Of a DNA stretch of 64,000 nt, positions 51,714 through 58,634 are shown in pieces. The translations under genes and the position numbers were made by a program. Every line of letters begins with the position of its first letter. The first letter of the stretch is position 1. Below the pieces are notes generated by a model. The model did not search any database. It saw only the letters and a list, made by a program, of their open reading frames with translations, and was not told the DNA's origin. The DNA comes from a candidate division WOR-3 bacterium (GTDB lineage Bacteria > Hydrothermota > Tepidihabitantia > Tepidihabitantales > CAIPLT01), in assembly GCA_039801505.1 (NCBI GenBank), contig JBDRUV010000005.1:19247-83246 (forward strand), in the 5' to 3' direction.

Positions 51714-52495
51714 TGCTTATTTTCCTCAGTTTTCGGAATTTCATATAATAGACAACAACGTAGCTTTGAACAAACGCCAGAAAGTTTTTCCGGTTCAAAG
51801 ACAATATTAGCCTCCCGGATTTTGGCCAAGGTCACCGGCGGTATGTTTTTTAGAAAACTTTCGCAACATAACAGCCGGCCACAGATCCCGATCCCCCCCA
51901 CGGCCCGGGCATGGTCCCGGGTACCGACCTGTTTAATCTCAACCCGCGTCTTTAGAGTTTCAGAAGCTTGTTCATGAAGTAGCTGATAGTTAATCTTCTG
52001 CGGTGAGGTGAAATACACATAGATTTTATAACGATTGAGCGAAATATCTAGACAGACAATTTTGGCCGGCAGCTTAAACTCCCGCAGCAGATCCTCAAAA
52101 AATGTTTTAAGTCGGGGCATCTCTTTTTCTAAATTTGCTCGTAAGGCGAGATCCTCCTCAGTGGCGATTCGAATGATTTGGCAGAAATCAGGAGCGTGAT
52201 CGGTTCGATTGAATCCTGGTTCATAATGCAGATGGGGGAGATACCGGGTATAATGTTGCGTAATAGTTTCCGTATAGTTCTCGTCATAAAAAAACTTTTG
52301 CTTAGTTAGAGTGCCTAGAAGCAACTCTTTACCACAAAGGATAACCAGTTGGGTGTTCAAGGACCACTCAAATGTTTTTGCCGAACTCATTACAAAATAC
52401 TCCCGGCGAAACGGATTTATCTTTACCTCATACAAAGCAGCCTTAGCCGCTTTTGTTTGGCAGCTATCAGGATGAATTTGGCGTCTTTGCGTCAT
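51710..52495 (-). CDS. PSP1 C-terminal domain protein (RicT/YaaT-like)
   Basis: Closely matches the YaaT conserved core (ATEEDLALRANLEKE...GGIGICGRLLCCESFL...SGVCSKLRCCLLYE). 261 aa. Confidence 0.8.
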   Translation of the reverse strand: MTQRRQIHPDSCQTKAAKAALYEVKINPFRREYFVMSSAKTFEWSLNTQLVILCGKELLLGTLTKQKFFYDENYTETITQHYTRYLPHLHYEPGFNRTDHAPDFCQIIRIATEEDLALRANLEKEMPRLKTFFEDLLREFKLPAKIVCLDISLNRYKIYVYFTSPQKINYQLLHEQASETLKTRVEIKQVGTRDHARAVGGIGICGRLLCCESFLKNIPPVTLAKIREANIVFEPEKLSGVCSKLRCCLLYEIPKTEENKQ

Positions 52496-52501
52496 CGGGT
52501 T

Positions 52502-53824
52502 TTATTGTAGCTCTTCTAACTCTAAAGGATCGATATATTTTTCCCAGTTGGGTGGTTTGGTTTCGCGGTCGCTATTAGTGTAAATGAGACGGAAGTTATT
52601 ATCACCTCGAATATCGACAAAAATAAATTGTAATCCTTGTTCATAGTAATACCAGTGTTCGTGCGGCTTAGTATGCTCAACCATGGTATGAACAACTACT
52701 TCATCGGGTCGACCATATTTTATATAAATTCGACCACGATCAGTATTACGGCCCAAGAGTCGACCAACCTTGTAGTGCTCATCAGCATAGTTTATGCGCT
52801 CTTTAATTTCAGTAAAGTTATGCCCGCGCCAATATCGGCGGAGATACTCAAGTTTTCCTTGTTCAGTAAGGCGCTTGTACTGTTTCTGTTCATTTTCGGA
52901 AGCAACCATCTTAAAAATTTCTTCAGCTTCTTTAGCATCAAAGGGCAATGGTTGAACACTGCTAACTTTTTGCGGAGTAATAATCGAAAAACTTTTAGAC
53001 TTCTGGACCTGCTGATTAGTTGATAGGTCTTTTAAGGTTACCTCCAGAAGATATTGGTCCGGCGGCAGTCCTTTGGTATTTAAGGCAAAAGTATGCGCAA
53101 AATTACTACCGGTCTTGGTGATAACCTCCGGTGGTAGATCTTTAATCGGTTCGTTGTGGCGATTTAGGATCCGGTATCTGAGTTCATAAGGATTGCTATC
53201 AGCCACCAGATTATACCCTTCTAGATACGCATACAAAATACCATAGGCTTCACCAAACTCATTTCCCGGATTGGGAATGATGCGTACACCGCCCTTGGTA
53301 AATTTCGAAAAACCGCTGTCCGGGGTTATCAGTGATGCCAAGGTAATGTCACTTAAAGCCAATTTATCAGTATAGGGCAAAATCTCTAACGTGTCGATGT
53401 AGCTCAAGGTTTTTTGGGCTGTGGGCAATACTGTCAGAGTTAATTTTAAAAGATACCGGCCAGGCTCAGCGATAAAGCGATATACATCTAAGATTTTTAG
53501 ATCTTTGGCTTCGGCAATCTGAAATGAGGGCAGAATAATCCGGTGGCTTGCGGTTTCGCTGAGGCTCTGTTCGGTCGTGAGGTTTTTAAGATAAATATTC
53601 TTATGATAACGCCCAACAATAGTTTCGTTTTCCACTTGATAGTCAAAATCATAATAGGGAGCTGAAAAATACAGTTCGACTAATGATAAGTGTAAAGTGT
53701 CAGGCTGGGACAAGTTGTATTTAAAATTGGCCCAATCAACTGATAACTCACGCCCCTGAAGTATTGCTACATCGATAAGCACGAGACTTAATAAGAGAAG
53801 AAAGAATTTTTTAAGCTCGCTCAT
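52502..53824 (-). CDS. Secreted GWxTD-domain protein (paralog B)
   Basis: Signal peptide and a C-terminal GRNTDRGRIYIKYGRPDEV...HWYYYEQGLQFIFVD matching the GWxTD domain (TIGR04514-like). 440 aa. Confidence 0.6.
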   Translation of the reverse strand: MSELKKFFLLLLSLVLIDVAILQGRELSVDWANFKYNLSQPDTLHLSLVELYFSAPYYDFDYQVENETIVGRYHKNIYLKNLTTEQSLSETASHRIILPSFQIAEAKDLKILDVYRFIAEPGRYLLKLTLTVLPTAQKTLSYIDTLEILPYTDKLALSDITLASLITPDSGFSKFTKGGVRIIPNPGNEFGEAYGILYAYLEGYNLVADSNPYELRYRILNRHNEPIKDLPPEVITKTGSNFAHTFALNTKGLPPDQYLLEVTLKDLSTNQQVQKSKSFSIITPQKVSSVQPLPFDAKEAEEIFKMVASENEQKQYKRLTEQGKLEYLRRYWRGHNFTEIKERINYADEHYKVGRLLGRNTDRGRIYIKYGRPDEVVVHTMVEHTKPHEHWYYYEQGLQFIFVDIRGDNNFRLIYTNSDRETKPPNWEKYIDPLELEELQ

Positions 53825-55047
53825 ATCCGTTGCTCCGCATATAAAGTATATTCGCCAAATCCATGCAAGTCTAAGAAAATAAACTTCTTGCCAATGCTAT
53901 AATAATACCAGATCTCGGAGGCATAGTAGTAGGGTTCAAAGGGTTGCCGGTCAATATGGTCCGGTTCTCCGTATTTCATGTAGATGCGAGCTCGATCCGA
54001 ACGATAACCGCGGTCACCTCGGGAAAAGTTTTCCTCACAATAACGGATTTTAGCAAAGTATTCTTGCTCGGTCAATTTCAAGCGACCATGGGGATCAAAT
54101 TGGGCCCAAAAAGTTCGCCAGGTCGATTCCCGGGCTTGGGGTGGGACTTTTTTTAGCTTTTTCAGTTCAGCCTCTGAGGCAATATAAATTAAACGATTAA
54201 CCAATTCTTTGTAGATATCATCGTCTTCAAAGACACTACCTTTAATCTTAAAAGATTTCGCGGCCGAAAAGACTAATTGTCCTTGATTGTCATATCCCTT
54301 AGCCACAACCTGATAATTGCCGGCTTTAAGATTCGAGATTTGCGCCGGCTCGGGATTATAATAATACACATTAGGTGTCTTCTCCAATGCCAGCGCCAAT
54401 TGGGTGCTAATGATTGTTGGACACTTTGGATCTTCAGAGCAAATTATTAACGAACACGTTTGAGCATTGCTTTGTGGTAGGTAAATTCTTATACCTAAAG
54501 TCTCAGTCGGAAGTGCTGACTTTAGATATATCCGTGAAGGATTAATTTGACGATTTTTATCCAGAGCAAGATACACATCTTGGGCATGGCGCACAATCGG
54601 CAAGGTAACCTTATATATCCGAGATGAAATCTGGTCTGAAAGTTCTAGCTGACAACTAAGATTACTTCGCGGGGCCTCCGGGTTGTAGAATTTCAACTCA
54701 ACGCTGTCAAGATGCGACTGGTCATAACTTAAGGTTTGCTCGTAAGTCGGCACTTGAAACGATTTCGAAAATAGTTGCTCGGTCAGTAATTGTCGTTTGG
54801 AGAACAACCGGACAATAACGGTATGGCGGTTGGTAAAATTTACGCTGTCTTTATAAAAGAAAAGCTTACCATAAGGAATGTCGTAGAAAATCTTTAAGCT
54901 TGTTAGAGCTTCGCTAACTGGCATAAAATAATACTCGTAGTTTCGTAAAACTGCCGTATCCTGATATGCAGGGAAATAATCAAGATAAGACTGCGCCCAT
55001 AGCGCGGTTATTATCACCAAAAAGCCACAAAGCATGCGGGAGTTCAT
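53821..55047 (-). CDS. Secreted GWxTD-domain protein (paralog A)
   Basis: Signal peptide and a C-terminal GYRSDRARIYMKYGEPDHI...EIWYYYSIGKKFIFLD GWxTD-like domain. 408 aa. 4-nt overlap with paralog B. Confidence 0.6.
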   Translation of the reverse strand: MNSRMLCGFLVIITALWAQSYLDYFPAYQDTAVLRNYEYYFMPVSEALTSLKIFYDIPYGKLFFYKDSVNFTNRHTVIVRLFSKRQLLTEQLFSKSFQVPTYEQTLSYDQSHLDSVELKFYNPEAPRSNLSCQLELSDQISSRIYKVTLPIVRHAQDVYLALDKNRQINPSRIYLKSALPTETLGIRIYLPQSNAQTCSLIICSEDPKCPTIISTQLALALEKTPNVYYYNPEPAQISNLKAGNYQVVAKGYDNQGQLVFSAAKSFKIKGSVFEDDDIYKELVNRLIYIASEAELKKLKKVPPQARESTWRTFWAQFDPHGRLKLTEQEYFAKIRYCEENFSRGDRGYRSDRARIYMKYGEPDHIDRQPFEPYYYASEIWYYYSIGKKFIFLDLHGFGEYTLYAEQRI

Positions 55048-55215
55048 TTCTTAATATAAGTTTACCAGAAATATTGCTTCTCGTCAACTCTTAAATTTAG
55101 CCTGGGGCTCTTAAACTACCGTTTTATCTGGTTATACACTCAATAATAACACCCCTTGACTCTTACTCGCCGATAATTACTTATTTTTAATAATTTTTGC
55201 CTGCTTATTGGGATC

Positions 55216-55247
55216 CGTGTAGGGGACGGTCCCATGCCTATAGGGCT
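55216..55247. repeat. GC-rich palindromic intergenic element, copy C (CGTGTAGGGGACGGTCCCATGCCTATAGGGCT)
   Basis: Shares GTAGGGG...TATAGGG spacing with copy E and GGGACGGTCC with copy B. Confidence 0.5.
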
Positions 55248-55332
55248 ATTTCTTGTTAGTTTTTGATCCTCAAGCAATTATTATAATATTTTTGTAAATT
55301 CCTGTATTATTTATAACTAATGTTTTAATGAG

Positions 55333-57498
55333 CTATCGGCTGACTTTGGCGATCTTACCAATTTTCTTAAAATTCGAGCATTTTAGCACGACCAGATAGA
55401 GCCCTGAGGCGACCTCGCAGTTATTATAATTTTTCCCGTCCCAGTAAAGAGTTTCGGCATTAAAAGACTGATAACTGAATTCTTTAATGAGCTCACCGGT
55501 GAGAGTGTAAATGAAGAGAGTTGGACGAAGTCCTAAGGGGTAATCTAAGATAATTTTACAGTCATGTGCGAAGGGTGAAGGTATTGAGTAGGGTTCGGCA
55601 TATTCAGTAATATCTAAGTTTAGGGCTTCGCTTACATAGCCGATATTACCAAAGGAGTCTTGGGGCAGCACATAAAAATCATAATTGCCCCGACGGTGGT
55701 TGATAAACTGAAAACAAGTGTCATAATATGTCTGATTAATAACCTCATAGCTAGTAAACTTTGATATCTTGATATCATCCAAATAAACTCCAATATGTGA
55801 GATGGTTTGATCGGTCTGATACCGGAATCTGAGATAAAGACTGTCGGCTCTTGGTAAGAGATAGCGATGTTTACTCCAATAGGGTTTTAGGCCGTAAAAC
55901 GAATCTAAGACATAGAACTGGTTTTTGTCCAAAGAATATTCCACATATAAGATATCACATTTTCGGCAATTATTAAGATAAGTTTCCTCGGTAACATAAT
56001 ACGAATAAAACTCTAGAATTCCGCCAGCGGACAATGCGATTGGGGTTTTGAGTTGGAGATAGTGGGTGATTAAATTTCCTTCGTCAGAATAAAAGGCATA
56101 GGGTGGAGAATAGGCCTGGCGATTAGAGATTATAAATCCGGAGGTCTCCCAGTTATTAAAGTCATTGGCTGGATCGGTAAAGATGACATTAGTATTTTGA
56201 GCTCTAATTAAAGTGTAAATAACTGGCGATAAATCAAAAGCTCGGGACCAGCCTAAAAGAAAATTATTTTTATGAACCGAGCGTAATATTTTAAGTTCTA
56301 CTGGCGCTGGCTTTACATCATCCAGCCCGAAATAATCGTTTAGAAAATGAAGCCATGGAGTTTTTTTGGCCCAGAGTAAGTTTTTATATTCATTAATTTG
56401 ATACTTAAATGCATAGTAATTATCTGGGAACCAAACTGAGATGCCACTGGCATTCTTTACGACTTCCGAGGTTGTACGATTTATAATTACCGCACGATGC
56501 AACTTAGTAATTATTTTATTAAGTTCTTTTCGGTCTTGATAATTAGTGATAATTGCTTGGGTTTTTGTAAGAAAATCTAACAAGTCAATATAATCATCTT
56601 GAGCCCGAGGTGGGTCATGCTCAATAGCAAAAGTTTGCACGGTGTTGCGGATCTGTGTAGTCTGGAGATTCGGGGCATAATTTTTAAGAATTTGGGCGGC
56701 AGTATTAAAACTTATCAAGGCTTCATTAAATTTATTTAGATTAATAGCTGATAATGTTGCGGTGGTGTTATACCGGGCATAAAAATTACTGGTGCTGATT
56801 ACAATTTGTTGTGAGAGCTGTTGCGGTGTTGCGGTGGGATTATTTACCAGCCAAGTCAATATCTCATCATACGCAAGACCATCCCAGGGCATAGTATTCT
56901 CTGAAGCAACCATGATATCGACATTACTTGAAACTTCAGTTATCACCTCGACCATAGCCATCAGGCAGACATCAAAGACCAGTAATGAGAGTTTTTTTCG
57001 TAAGATGCTTTGGATTTCTGAGAGTGCCGATTTTAGTTCACCGTCGGCAACCCCAAGCCAATTATTTGAGCTTTCATCGTATATTACCGCTTTACCCTGA
57101 TAAGCGCCATAATTGCCAATTGGCCAGCCGTTACCGTGGTCCCACAATATTAAGAGATAATTTTGCGCCGGATAGACCTGAGCACAAAATCGCACAAAAT
57201 CTATGAGAGTCTGGGGATCGGCCATATCTAGTTGGCCAAGATGAACTAAGGTTTCTAACCCGGTGGTGGTAACTAAAAATCTTTGTGCTTCAGAATTACC
57301 TACTGAAGCGGGCTGGTCAACTTGTAAGATAATTTTTACTTCAGCACTTGAAGATGCCTGAGTAATTTCTAAAATGTCATCTAGGGCCTGAAGGGCCATG
57401 GAATTATCAGCGCACATATAGATCATCACAGTCCAATTAGTCCCAAAGCTGATGGTATAAAATAATGTAGCTACGAGGAGTACTGCAAGATATCGCAC
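55333..57498 (-). CDS. Secreted clostripain-family (C11) cysteine peptidase with T9SS C-terminal sorting domain
   Basis: Signal peptide and the C11 hallmarks VMIYMCADNS and LILWDHGNGW (catalytic His), then DVCLMA (catalytic Cys). The C-terminal ~80 aa match T9SS type-A CTD (ASGLYLVVLKCSNFKKIGKIAKV). 721 aa. Confidence 0.75.
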   Translation of the reverse strand: MRYLAVLLVATLFYTISFGTNWTVMIYMCADNSMALQALDDILEITQASSSAEVKIILQVDQPASVGNSEAQRFLVTTTGLETLVHLGQLDMADPQTLIDFVRFCAQVYPAQNYLLILWDHGNGWPIGNYGAYQGKAVIYDESSNNWLGVADGELKSALSEIQSILRKKLSLLVFDVCLMAMVEVITEVSSNVDIMVASENTMPWDGLAYDEILTWLVNNPTATPQQLSQQIVISTSNFYARYNTTATLSAINLNKFNEALISFNTAAQILKNYAPNLQTTQIRNTVQTFAIEHDPPRAQDDYIDLLDFLTKTQAIITNYQDRKELNKIITKLHRAVIINRTTSEVVKNASGISVWFPDNYYAFKYQINEYKNLLWAKKTPWLHFLNDYFGLDDVKPAPVELKILRSVHKNNFLLGWSRAFDLSPVIYTLIRAQNTNVIFTDPANDFNNWETSGFIISNRQAYSPPYAFYSDEGNLITHYLQLKTPIALSAGGILEFYSYYVTEETYLNNCRKCDILYVEYSLDKNQFYVLDSFYGLKPYWSKHRYLLPRADSLYLRFRYQTDQTISHIGVYLDDIKISKFTSYEVINQTYYDTCFQFINHRRGNYDFYVLPQDSFGNIGYVSEALNLDITEYAEPYSIPSPFAHDCKIILDYPLGLRPTLFIYTLTGELIKEFSYQSFNAETLYWDGKNYNNCEVASGLYLVVLKCSNFKKIGKIAKVSR

Positions 57499-57499
57499 T

Positions 57500-57545
57500 G
57501 GCTAAAATATAAACGGGGCATCTTACCGTCGATAAGATGCCCCGT
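57500..57545 (-). terminator. Rho-independent terminator downstream of the PorV-like gene
   Basis: Perfect 11-bp stem GGGGCATCTTA / TAAGATGCCCC with a 7-nt loop at 57515-57544. On the minus strand it is followed by TTTATATTTTAG. Confidence 0.6.
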
Positions 57546-57566
57546 GGTTTAAGATTTTACTGTTGA

Positions 57567-58622
57567 TTACAACTGGACGACGGCGCCTAAACGATGTGAG
57601 CCTTTAAGCCAACCCATATCGCGATAGCAGTAATCGAGCCGTAGACTTACTCCTGGCGTAAGATTCGTCATAAAGCCAGCTCCAAAGGAAAGTCCAGTCT
57701 GATACTTCATCGCCTTAGCGTATTCAAAATCGGTATTGAGAATATAACCAGCTCGGACCAAGAACACCTTGCGATAGGTATACTCCAGCCCAAAATTAAT
57801 GGTCTCGTTGATATCGTTGGGATGTAAGAGATCGGTAGCAAAGGTTAACTTATTGATTGGATCATCTAAGAAGTCATAAGCAATACCAAATCGGAATGTT
57901 ACCGGCAGTGGCGTTGGGGTTGTCAGATACTGGGCCCGGGGTTTTAAGGCAAAAGTTGTATCCTGGAACTGAATGCCGATTCCTGAGTAGGTCATTGAGG
58001 TGCCAAAATTGGTAATGGCAGCACCAAGTCTTAAGCTCTTAAAACCGGTATGATAGAGGAGTCCAAAGTCTAAAGCCGCAGCTGAGCCTGAAAGATTATA
58101 AAGCGACTGGTTAATCGCCTTAGCGGTCAAACCAAAGGCTAGTTTTTCGGTGATCTGTCGAGCAAAGCTCAGCGCGAATGCTAAATCCATCGCCCCGAAG
58201 TAGAGACCGGAGGAGTCATCTTCCCGAATTGCCGTGGCCGGATCGTCAATAGTTAACTTCTCCATATCACCCATCGTGAGGGCGGTGACTGAGAGAGCTA
58301 AGACGCCGATATTGGTAATGGGCAGAGCCACGCAGAAGTACTCGTGATTGATATCACTTATCCAGTCGATGTGATTTACGAAAAACTCACGCTTACTAAG
58401 TTGGGTGAGTCCGGCGGGATTAAAATAGCTGGCTGAGGCATCATCAGCTATGGCCGTGAAAGCATCACCCATACCAGTAGCCCGACCAACACCGATTTTT
58501 AAGAACTGAGCTGAGGTTGTGCCGACCTTGGAGAACTTAATTTTGGCTTCCGAGCTTGAGACGCCGACTAGTCCTAAGATAACTAGTAAGCTAACAGTTA
58601 TTAAAATTTTCTTGCTTTTCAT
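57567..58622 (-). CDS. T9SS outer-membrane beta-barrel, PorV (LptO)-like
   Basis: 351 aa with a signal peptide and the N-terminal SAQFLKIGVGRATGMGDAFTAIADDASASYFNPAGL motif typical of PorV/PorP-type FadL-like barrels. Aromatic-rich beta-strand pattern and a C-terminal aromatic residue. Confidence 0.6.
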   Translation of the reverse strand: MKSKKILITVSLLVILGLVGVSSSEAKIKFSKVGTTSAQFLKIGVGRATGMGDAFTAIADDASASYFNPAGLTQLSKREFFVNHIDWISDINHEYFCVALPITNIGVLALSVTALTMGDMEKLTIDDPATAIREDDSSGLYFGAMDLAFALSFARQITEKLAFGLTAKAINQSLYNLSGSAAALDFGLLYHTGFKSLRLGAAITNFGTSMTYSGIGIQFQDTTFALKPRAQYLTTPTPLPVTFRFGIAYDFLDDPINKLTFATDLLHPNDINETINFGLEYTYRKVFLVRAGYILNTDFEYAKAMKYQTGLSFGAGFMTNLTPGVSLRLDYCYRDMGWLKGSHRLGAVVQL

Positions 58623-58634
58623 AGTTACCTCTCC

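Noticed and set aside
51710-51800. Expected a TPP riboswitch directly upstream of thiC.
   Set aside because: The thiC start overlaps the stop of the upstream RicT/PSP1 gene by 4 nt. There is no non-coding space for one.
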